This document shows, one piece after another, positions 37,773 through 46,900 of a DNA stretch of 63,535 nucleotides; position 1 is the stretch's first letter, and each line of letters opens with the position of its first letter. The DNA is taken from assembly GCA_002710015.1 (NCBI GenBank), contig PAOW01000029.1:39009-102543 (forward strand). Reading direction: 5' to 3'. Origin of the DNA: Methanobacteriota archaeon (GTDB taxonomy: Archaea > Thermoplasmatota > Poseidoniia > Poseidoniales > Poseidoniaceae). Position numbers and translations under genes: made by a program. The notes below the pieces were generated by a model that had not been told where the DNA came from, did no database searches, and was given only the letters and a program-made list of their open reading frames with translations.

Positions 37773-38659
37773 TCGAGACCTTCTTTCAGGGTGGTAATAG
37801 CCTGCCAATCTATCAAACTATTTGTTTCGACATCCGGAATCCTTCTCCTACTATCTCCATGATTGGGCTCACAAAATTTGTATTCTACTGATCTCCTTTT
37901 TGAGATAATCATTGCTAATTCTAACATTGATATTTCATCGGTAGAACCTAAGTTAAATGAAATTCCTGATTCTAACTCATACTCTCCCACTCTAATCATT
38001 CCCTCAACAACATCTGCAACCCAAGTCAAACTACGAGTTTGCGTTCCATCGCCATGGACCATTATGGGATTTGCCTCTAGCATTCTAGAAACAACTTGGC
38101 CATTTTTTCCACCCTTTAATCGAGTCCCGTATACATTATATGGTCTTACAATTCTTACATCCAAACCTTCTCTTACAGCGAATTGGCATAGGATTTCTCC
38201 CAAGTATTTCGAAGCACCATAAGAATGGCGCTGATGCTCAATTGCAGGAGGAAATACACTTGGTGAAGAGTTTGATAGAGGCATATTTTCCTGTTCCCCA
38301 AATGCTTCTGGAGATGAGTAAAAAATCAGCCTAACTCCCAATCGCTTTGCTATTTTTATTGCATTAATAGTCCCGTTAACATTCACATCAACTACCAAGT
38401 CCGCCTCATCATGAAAACGCTTTGTTCCATTTACTGCTGCAAGATGATGAATAACTTCGGGTGTGTGTTGAGATATTGCACGCTCCCAATCATCCAGTAA
38501 CCTGACATCCCCCTGAACAAATTTCGCTGCTGTTGAAATTTGTGATTTTTCACCTCGAGACAAGTCATCTAGAACCACAACATCGTGTCCTCTGTCTACA
38601 AGAGAATCTACTAAATGCGATCCAAGAAAACCAGCACCGCCAGTCACTAGAATATTCAT
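37760..38659 (-). CDS. NAD-dependent epimerase/dehydratase (extended SDR)
   Basis: TGGAGFLG, HLAA, YGASK, NVYG, GDGTQTR. Confidence 0.92.
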   Translation of the reverse strand: MNILVTGGAGFLGSHLVDSLVDRGHDVVVLDDLSRGEKSQISTAAKFVQGDVRLLDDWERAISQHTPEVIHHLAAVNGTKRFHDEADLVVDVNVNGTINAIKIAKRLGVRLIFYSSPEAFGEQENMPLSNSSPSVFPPAIEHQRHSYGASKYLGEILCQFAVREGLDVRIVRPYNVYGTRLKGGKNGQVVSRMLEANPIMVHGDGTQTRSLTWVADVVEGMIRVGEYELESGISFNLGSTDEISMLELAMIISKRRSVEYKFCEPNHGDSRRRIPDVETNSLIDWQAITTLKEGLDQLL

Positions 38660-40392
38660 CAGTCATCAACTCGCTTCAAAATTTCTATTGTGACCTCATC
38701 AGAAATTTTGCTTACCTTGACTAGATCTCCATCGTTGACACCAATGCATGGATCTTCCTCAAATCCATGAGAGTATGGGACGTTGAGCAGGGAGCAAGCT
38801 GGAAGAGTTAATGAGCACACATCCCTATTTACAATCGCCTTTGGGCCTTTATCGGTGTAGATTAATCCCATCAAAACGTATGGAGCAACAGTAGAACCGG
38901 AACCTTTTGGATATATGAGAACCGTATCTTCGATACTCCTGCCATCCAGAGGGTGACCCGTTTCTTCAATAATCCCAGTATCTCTATTTACATATCCCAA
39001 ATAAGTAATAGGAACATCAGTCACCATCGCAATTCCTTCAACCACCCAGTCCTCTTGAGAATTTAGCCCACTTCCAGTAGAAGAAAAATTTCCTGACTGA
39101 TAGGTTTTTGAAGATGCATGTTGGGGTTGAGATTTTGGTTTCAAAGGAGGAACCTCACCTTGGCATAAATTTGGATTAAATGCGTGCGCTACACAATCTG
39201 AAATCGTTCCCACTGATGTTGGAATTTTATTCAAACCGCTCGTAAGATAGTGTTCTGCTTTCAATGAATTAGTCATTAGATGATTGTACAATTTTCTATT
39301 GTATGGGGTAACTTCGGGACAGGTGTCTTGCAGAATAACTGCCCCGGCTTCCTCGAGTATTCCAATTGAGCCATCAGCCTCTGCCAACTCATAATTCTCA
39401 CCTGAGGTGAACACCCATAGACGTTCATCAGGTATAACCATCCCAAGTTCACAATGGCATCTAACCTCGGATGCCGTTATTCTTATTTCTTCAAGACTCG
39501 CCTGTGGACAACCGATCACAACTAAGTCGACTTGCCCCTTTGGTGCTAGTTCCTCGAATCGCAAATCAAGGTCTTTTTGTGTGAATATCAGAGATTGCTC
39601 ATCGCCAGAAAGTTCAGGAGTTTTTGTGTGCCCTTCTGCCCATAACATTGGGCATCCATAATTTGCTGCCGCTGCTGTAAGGGCTTTTTTGGAAGCAAAG
39701 CTAACGTATTCAGGCAATCCTTTGATGAAAGGCATCGGCCCATATGGAATATCCCAACTGGGGCGCACCTGTTTTCCAATCCAATCTCCCAAGATTGACC
39801 AATCCGCAAGTGTTTTCATCTCGCATTTGACCTCAACGACAATATTTGGAATTCTATTTTTCTCGAGGTGTAATCCCCACATTGGGGCATATCCAGTTAG
39901 AGCTGTTGCTAAAGCGGACAAGCCTGATTCTCTGTTTGTAACCAAGTCCGTCCAAGAATTAGAAAAGGCAACTGCATTAGACTCAGCCCAGGATGCGTAA
40001 CCAGTTTTACTTTCAACGCCTCTATCATATGGAGTGCAGGAGAGGGTCGCTTCAATTCCTAAACTCTCATATGCGGAAATAATTTCAAACTGCTGCTCAA
40101 GGAAATCTGGATAATCAATATCCATCTCTTCCATCTTTCTTTTGTCGCACCCTGCAGAATTCAGGGTTGTGGAAATAGCCACTGATCCATCTCCTGCCAA
40201 ATCGGCTAGGAATCTACGAAGACCATGCCCTCCTGTGATTACAGAAACACCTGAAACATGGCTGTGGTCGACCTCAATAAAGCCTTCAGCCTTTGCAGTA
40301 ATTGCTAGGTCGACAACTAGCCTAGCTGCTTTTTGACGAGTTGGTCCTTCATCGCCTGCGAGCATGCTCGCTAGCTTTTCAGGTAACTCCAT
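38659..40392 (-). CDS. Aconitase X with catalytic (DUF521) and swivel (DUF126) domains fused; probable phosphomevalonate dehydratase
   Basis: HVSGVS, SCTPY, WAESNA, TNRESG, IGCPQAS, DTC, MTNS; C-terminal GHPLDGRSIEDTVLIYPKGSGSTV swivel domain. Confidence 0.85.
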   Translation of the reverse strand: MELPEKLASMLAGDEGPTRQKAARLVVDLAITAKAEGFIEVDHSHVSGVSVITGGHGLRRFLADLAGDGSVAISTTLNSAGCDKRKMEEMDIDYPDFLEQQFEIISAYESLGIEATLSCTPYDRGVESKTGYASWAESNAVAFSNSWTDLVTNRESGLSALATALTGYAPMWGLHLEKNRIPNIVVEVKCEMKTLADWSILGDWIGKQVRPSWDIPYGPMPFIKGLPEYVSFASKKALTAAAANYGCPMLWAEGHTKTPELSGDEQSLIFTQKDLDLRFEELAPKGQVDLVVIGCPQASLEEIRITASEVRCHCELGMVIPDERLWVFTSGENYELAEADGSIGILEEAGAVILQDTCPEVTPYNRKLYNHLMTNSLKAEHYLTSGLNKIPTSVGTISDCVAHAFNPNLCQGEVPPLKPKSQPQHASSKTYQSGNFSSTGSGLNSQEDWVVEGIAMVTDVPITYLGYVNRDTGIIEETGHPLDGRSIEDTVLIYPKGSGSTVAPYVLMGLIYTDKGPKAIVNRDVCSLTLPACSLLNVPYSHGFEEDPCIGVNDGDLVKVSKISDEVTIEILKRVDD

Positions 40393-40469
40393 GAGTATAT
40401 GCTAGTAACACTATTCTTTCAACACTTTGTTAGCAGCACACTCTAATCTGAATACTTCGTGCGTAACTT

Positions 40470-42146
40470 ATGGCAGCCAAACAATTGAAGAAAAAAAGAA
40501 ATTGGAAGAAAATCCTCACTATATCGGTTATTACAATATCATTTCTCTTGAGCATAATTGCTATTCTTGCGACAAGCGATATCGATGAGATAAAGTCAGG
40601 TGAGGATGGAGAATCTTCCCTTACCAGAATAGATAGTTTGTATGGAACTCATGGGTGCGAAGAAGGAGGATTTAGTATACAGGTTGGAATTGATGACAAC
40701 AGAAACTCAGTTCTGGAGAGTGAAGAGGTTGATGACATAAGGAACGTTTGCCATGGTAAGCAAGGTGAATCTGGACCAATGGGTGTTCGTGGATACTGGG
40801 GTTACAACGGCAGTGATGGCACTAATGGAACAAATGGGTCTATCGGACAAAACGGTAATTCTCCATTCATATCTGCTAAAACAGGAGAATACGGACCCTG
40901 CTCGAGAGCAGCAGTTATCGAAATGGGAAATAATTCTACCAGTAAGGTTGTGGAATCTGAAATAAAAATATGCTTTGAAAACCTTTCAAGCGGGAGGCTT
41001 AGTGATATCAATCAAAATACAGGGAATTCTTTTTCCACCGGTTGTAATGGAGGGCTTGCAACAGACGAAATCTTTGTTTTTGCAGCGGTAAAAGACGGTA
41101 ATTGCAAACTTTACAAGTTGGATTCTGGAGAAGTTCAGTTACTGTCCCCGGATGTAGATTTCAAGCCGGGAAATAATCTAGGGTTCACTGAATTCAGAGG
41201 TAGAATTTGGTTCGATGCTGATGATGGTTCGGGTTTGGAGTTATGGTCAGTGAATGAATCTTCAATTTGGAAAGAGACCAATCAGAGTTTTTCATTTGAT
41301 AGCGATTCAAAACTAATTATTGTAAACCAAGAATTAGTTCTATCAGCTATTGATGAAATCTTGATAATAGGTGATTCGGATGTGTTGATCGATGTAGCAC
41401 ACACTAATCTCACATCGGATAATGGAGTTCTTATCTTTAACACAGGAGATGGATTATCGATAAATGGCTCAATACATTTGGGAGAGATTCATTCCAAGGC
41501 TATTTACCATGGTGATTACTACTGGTTTTTTGCAAGCACGGATAACGACGGAGTTGAATTATATCGGGCTAATGAGAATGATTTGGAAAAAATGACTACC
41601 ACCTTAAGTCAGTTTGCAGGAGATAATTTGGGGATTAATCTCGTCAATGGGCATATCGTGTTTGATGATTCAGATATTTATTCGTTCAACCCTAACTCAT
41701 TGACATTAACAGTTCTAAACTCGACTATTACAGAAGTATCTACGGACTCAGAGTTTACAATTTTCGATGACAAAATATGGTTTGACTGTGGAATTGCTGG
41801 TTTCGGCTATGAGTTGTGTGTGAGCGACGGCGTAGATGCTTGGTTACACATAGACTACAATCCTGGAATGGCTTCTTCAAGTCCAGCAAATTTTGTTGTT
41901 GTCAAAGAGAATTTATTGTTAATCCTTGATAACCCGATAGAAGGCAGTCAACTAGCGCTAGTCACAGATACTGGTTTTGAGATACTCTGGGATCACAGCA
42001 TATCCAGTCACGCAGGCGGAGTGCATGGAGGTATGTGGTCGGATTCAAGCAGCGTATATTTCATTGGAGACTCCGATGATTACGGGTTGGAACTCTATGG
42101 TTGGTCTCATGGTGAAATAAACGACGAATGGGTTGTAATCTATTGA
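40470..42146 (+). CDS. Membrane-anchored surface protein with a collagen-like stalk and ELWxxDGT-like beta-propeller
   Basis: N-terminal basic segment and TM; CEEGG..GIDDNRNSVL..EV..VC module; (Gxy)12; GLELWS, GVELYR, GYELCVSDG, GLELYG repeats. Confidence 0.8.
   Translation: MAAKQLKKKRNWKKILTISVITISFLLSIIAILATSDIDEIKSGEDGESSLTRIDSLYGTHGCEEGGFSIQVGIDDNRNSVLESEEVDDIRNVCHGKQGESGPMGVRGYWGYNGSDGTNGTNGSIGQNGNSPFISAKTGEYGPCSRAAVIEMGNNSTSKVVESEIKICFENLSSGRLSDINQNTGNSFSTGCNGGLATDEIFVFAAVKDGNCKLYKLDSGEVQLLSPDVDFKPGNNLGFTEFRGRIWFDADDGSGLELWSVNESSIWKETNQSFSFDSDSKLIIVNQELVLSAIDEILIIGDSDVLIDVAHTNLTSDNGVLIFNTGDGLSINGSIHLGEIHSKAIYHGDYYWFFASTDNDGVELYRANENDLEKMTTTLSQFAGDNLGINLVNGHIVFDDSDIYSFNPNSLTLTVLNSTITEVSTDSEFTIFDDKIWFDCGIAGFGYELCVSDGVDAWLHIDYNPGMASSSPANFVVVKENLLLILDNPIEGSQLALVTDTGFEILWDHSISSHAGGVHGGMWSDSSSVYFIGDSDDYGLELYGWSHGEINDEWVVIY
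40755..40862 (+). repeat. Collagen-like Gly-X-Y x12 coding repeat
   Basis: GKQGESGPMGVRGYWGYNGSDGTNGTNGSIGQNGNS. Confidence 0.9.
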
Positions 42147-43822
42147 CGCCAGTCGTGCTTAGCTGCCAAAGGTTGTCTCCAACCTTGTCCGAATGCACGT
42201 TTCGACACCCTAGGTGCTGGCGCCATTTGCCACCGCTTGTGCTCATTCCTAGACAATCTTGTCAAAACATCATTCACTGTGGCAGGGTCATGTCCAGTTT
42301 CAATCAACCTTGTTGCATCGAAACCGTCCTCGATGTGCAAGCGTAAAATCTCGTCTAGAATCTCATAAGGTGGCAGACTATCCTCATCTTTTTGGCCCGG
42401 AGCAAGTTCAGCACTAGGTGGCTTAGTCATGGTGGATTCATTAACAGCATCTCTTCCAATTCTTTGGTTGAATTCTTTGGCTAGAGCGTATACTTCCATT
42501 TTGTAAAGGTCGCCAAGAGGTGCATAACCTCCAGCCATATCTCCATACAGAGTGCAGTAACCCTGACCAAGCTCAGACTTATTCCCAGTTGCGATAGCCA
42601 TAGCTCCATTTGCATTTGCATGAGCCATAACGATTAATCCCCTCAATCTAGACTGAATATTTTCAGCCGCAACTGGGTTACCGTTAGACAGTAAATCCTC
42701 TAATTGTGAATCTGCCGTGCTGTGGAGTTCTTTTATTGGTCGAATCAAGAACTCGATTCCCAAAATTTCTGCCAACTCTCTTGCATCATCAATACTGTGT
42801 TGACTAGAATGCCTAGAAGGCATGGAAATGCCAGTAACGTTGGGAGCGCCCACAGCAGCAGTTGCAACACAAGCCGCTAGCGCTGAGTCTATTCCCCCCG
42901 ATAGGCCGAGAACAATTTTCGAAATTCCACTTTTACGACAATAATCGGAAAGGCCTGTTACAACAGCATCGAGTTTGTCATCATCTTCAATGAGCGCATC
43001 GACTGCTTTGAGGAAGGTTACCTCCCCGTCTCCTATCCACTCACAATTTTTGGGGCTCTGCAAGTCTGCGATCAATATACCCTCACTCCATGCTGGAGCT
43101 ATGATTGCATCACCATTTGGCCATGAAACTACTGAACGCCCATCAAAAACAAGGTCGTCATTACCACCCACTTGGTTAGTGAGTAAGAACGGATGACCTA
43201 GAGATTTAGCCGCACAGCGAGCAACTGCTAGACGTATTCCAGATTTATTGGCGTGATATGGTGAGGCTGATAAATTGACAGTTGCATCTAGGTTTGTCCC
43301 TTGCTTACCCCATTCAACTATCTGTTCTATTGGGTCGCTATCGTAATCATTGGGAGTCGCCTTGCAGTGTTGCCAAGCATCTTCACATATTGTTACACCA
43401 ATTTCCAAATTTGCTATTCCTTTTGCTATTCCTGGTTGATCATCTGGTTCGAAGTATCTCGCCTCATCAAAAACATCGTATGTTGGTAGCAATTGTTTCC
43501 TTGTTACCTCACTGATGTTATCTCCTGCTCTTACAACTCCATTACCGGGCAGATTTCTACCACCAATCGCAGTGACAGGGGTCCCTACAAGAATTGGTAT
43601 CTGTGAATTTAAACCACTAGCTACCTTGTGACAATATTCTACAAAATCCGTTTGCATTAACAAATCTCTAGGTGGGTAGCCGCTGATTGCTAATTCAGTT
43701 GTGACAGCCAAATCTGCACCTGCATCCGCTGCAACGCTAGCGAATTCGAGAATTTTCTCTGCATTCCCTTGGATATCTCCAACTGTTGGATTGAGTTGAA
43801 GCATCGCAATCTTACTAGCCAT
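42140..43822 (-). CDS. nadE: Glutamine-dependent NAD+ synthetase
   Basis: Nitrilase domain (TELAISGYPP, KQLLPTYDVFDE, ICED) plus LSGGIDS, ENIQSR, TGNKSE, KPPSAEL. Confidence 0.95.
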   Translation of the reverse strand: MASKIAMLQLNPTVGDIQGNAEKILEFASVAADAGADLAVTTELAISGYPPRDLLMQTDFVEYCHKVASGLNSQIPILVGTPVTAIGGRNLPGNGVVRAGDNISEVTRKQLLPTYDVFDEARYFEPDDQPGIAKGIANLEIGVTICEDAWQHCKATPNDYDSDPIEQIVEWGKQGTNLDATVNLSASPYHANKSGIRLAVARCAAKSLGHPFLLTNQVGGNDDLVFDGRSVVSWPNGDAIIAPAWSEGILIADLQSPKNCEWIGDGEVTFLKAVDALIEDDDKLDAVVTGLSDYCRKSGISKIVLGLSGGIDSALAACVATAAVGAPNVTGISMPSRHSSQHSIDDARELAEILGIEFLIRPIKELHSTADSQLEDLLSNGNPVAAENIQSRLRGLIVMAHANANGAMAIATGNKSELGQGYCTLYGDMAGGYAPLGDLYKMEVYALAKEFNQRIGRDAVNESTMTKPPSAELAPGQKDEDSLPPYEILDEILRLHIEDGFDATRLIETGHDPATVNDVLTRLSRNEHKRWQMAPAPRVSKRAFGQGWRQPLAAKHDWRQ

Positions 43823-43931
43823 GTCAGCCCCTCATTTAGGCGCACAGAATTTTACTTACTATGCTTTTGCATGCATTCAGAAACCCAACATTCTGCACTC
43901 ACACAAATTGTATTATTAGATTGTGATTGAC

Positions 43932-46900
43932 TCAGAATTCTAGTTCTTCATCATCTAATTCCCAGTCGATTTCAGATTCTCTATGACGCATAGTTGCTGT
44001 TCTCATCCATGCTAATATGAATACTAATCCAACGCAGAGCATTAAGATTGTAATACCTAGTATCCATGGATTCGTTGAACCTAGCGAATCCTCTAGGAAT
44101 GCTTCTTCTTGAGTTGGTTTTACATCCACGAATGCAGATTGACTAACCTCTTCACCCACTGTAACTTCGATCCTTTGAATACCTGGCGCGTTTGGTTTCC
44201 AATCCACAACCAGTGTTCCCAAAGACTCTGCATCAACGTAAATTGAGGATTTTGCTAATTGATTTCTCTCTCCACTTAAACTGACTACCTCAACCAGAAC
44301 TTCTGCATCTCCTCCAAGCTTCCCGTCATTTCTTACATAGATTTGAACAACGGTAGGTTCATCAACTTCAAGACTTGATTTTGATAACTCAACTCCACTC
44401 ATTTCAATAGAAAAATCGGGAATGTAGTGTTCTAGTTTCCAAGAACTTGCTGGATAGGAGTTGCTGTTTTGACTTGTCTCGAATGCGTTTCCTGCAACAT
44501 CTCTTCCCTCAAACCTTGTTTTCAATATCAACTGCTCCTGTAAGAATTCAGGAGATATATCGGACAAATCGATGCTTCCAACAAACTCAAGACGCAGGCC
44601 TATTGAGTCATTGCCATCTAAAGTAAGGTCTGTGGATCCTGATGTAATCGGTGAGTTATCTCCTTGAACTGTAACCCACCAAATCATCTCTACTGAATCG
44701 GAATCGATACCGTAATTTTCTGAAATAACTACTCTTACATCGTGCTCTCCTACGCTCAATATCGAGGATTCTCGTGGAGAAATGAATTCAACAACTTGCG
44801 GTCCAACCGAATCAACTAATATCCACTTCACAGAGGTTGTTGAACTAGTCATATCGATTCCTTGCTCTGGCATGCATTCAATATTCCATGTAAGAGCGTG
44901 ATGTCCCGATGTTATCGGGGCATACATCGAAGCTGTGAATATACCATTTACCGCAAGCGCTGAACTCTTAATTCCATTCAGTCGGGTATCAACCTCACAG
45001 TCAAATTGGGGGATTTCCATACTTCTGACAAAAGTAAGTTGGCCTGAAAGTTCCATTGGAGAGCCTGGTGAAACTCTTGCACCATCGCTAAGCAGAACAC
45101 CATTTTCTACCCATAATGATGTATTATCCAGTATCATCATTTCGGATGAAAACCGCCATCTATTCTGCGGAAATGTCGTTATGTCCTCATTTCCGGCTCT
45201 GTCGATTAACAAAACAGCAGGCTCTCTCCTGAAGTCTCCCAAATCTGGGAGAGTCCACTGAGGTTCAATCACTAGGTTTAGAACCAATTCGGTTTGATAA
45301 GGGTCTGGTGTTTGGCCGTTTCTATCATTTATTTTGCATGATTTAATCTCGATATGATGCGTTTCACTCACACAATTATTCAACTCGCTGTCCCAAATCA
45401 GTAACAGTTTGTCACTCTGAAAGTTATCTGCAAGCATTAGTTGGATCTTATCTAAATCCGATATTCCATTTCTTTCCGTAAAGGAAATGTTGAGACCGTA
45501 GGATTGTCCTGGATGCAACCATGCACGTCTATCATCAACCCATTGGAAGCCATCCTCTTCGATTTCGGGGAATCCATCTGCCATGATTTGATACATGAAT
45601 AGATGGTCTTCTACCATTTCTGAGCCACCACCTATTACCGGATATCCTGAAGGGTCTTGCCCGATAACATATCCTGCTACCTTTTCTCCAGGGAACGCCG
45701 ATGAATCATCAATGAATGTGTAATACGACCCATAAGGTGAACTCAGATTTGAAGGAAGTGTAAGAGTCCTTGGAATATATTCTCCTGCGCTTGGCAAGCC
45801 ATCTCCATTGTAGTCATTAGCCCATTCAGTCCAAAGCATGAGGGTAACATCAGTTGGAAGTGTGGGTTGATCTGTAATGTTGATTATAATCTCCTGTGCG
45901 GAAGATGAAACCTTGTGATCGTAATGCCTGATATTTGCACCTGTGACAACCGGTGAAAGCGGATCGATTACGAACAACCTATCCACTTGTGATGGATTAC
46001 CAAGTCCTCCGCCAGCAAGAGGTGTTAATCTGGCAGAATATGTGATGTTTCCACTGGTAAATGGTGTGGTTGTATTGACATACCAGATTTCACCTTCATA
46101 CTCACTCGTGTTTGCGATCACCACATCATTTCGCAATAATTCTAGAATATATTCCCCGGGATATGGTTTCTCACTCAAATCGCCAGATTCAAATCCAATA
46201 TCGATTTCAAAACTCAGATTATCTGCCGCCATAAGATAATCATCATTTTGAGAAACTATGCCGCGTTCAGATGAAATCTGCATCGATTGAATTAGCATGT
46301 CATTATCTGTTGCTTGTGAACTCCAAGTTTCTATTAGTGGCATAGATACGACGCCATTGGCCAGTTGTATTCTAGATTCAAGTCTGAGATATTGTTGATC
46401 ATCAAAATGCTGTGAAAGCCGGAATCTGGTTTTTATTTCGTGAATGTCCCCTGACACATTTTGCGATATACCACTCTCAAAGGTAAGAGAATCATCAATA
46501 CCTGTCGAGATGACGCTTCCTCCTAAAATTGGTAAAAACCACATAGCAGCATCGCTGTTTGTGTATAAATTTAGTATAAGTCGATGAGGTGATGATTGAT
46601 GTATCTCTGCTCTTGTAGTTAATTCTCGCCAATTTTCTGAAGGAGTGAGGGTCTGACTGTAGTTACCCCAAGTTAAAGCACCCATAGCAATATTTCCCGA
46701 TGAGCTAAAAGTGATTATATCCACTAGTATTTCACAAGGGCTTGAAGCCGTAAATAGCAGTGGTAAATTGGAGGATTTACTGACATCCATCCTAGCTCTG
46801 TTCATCGCTAATACCTGCTCGTCAATCGCTGTCGCTGTAACAACTTCTCCTGCATCATACGCAATAGTTAGTCCACCCAGCCTATACTTCCCTGCGTCGG

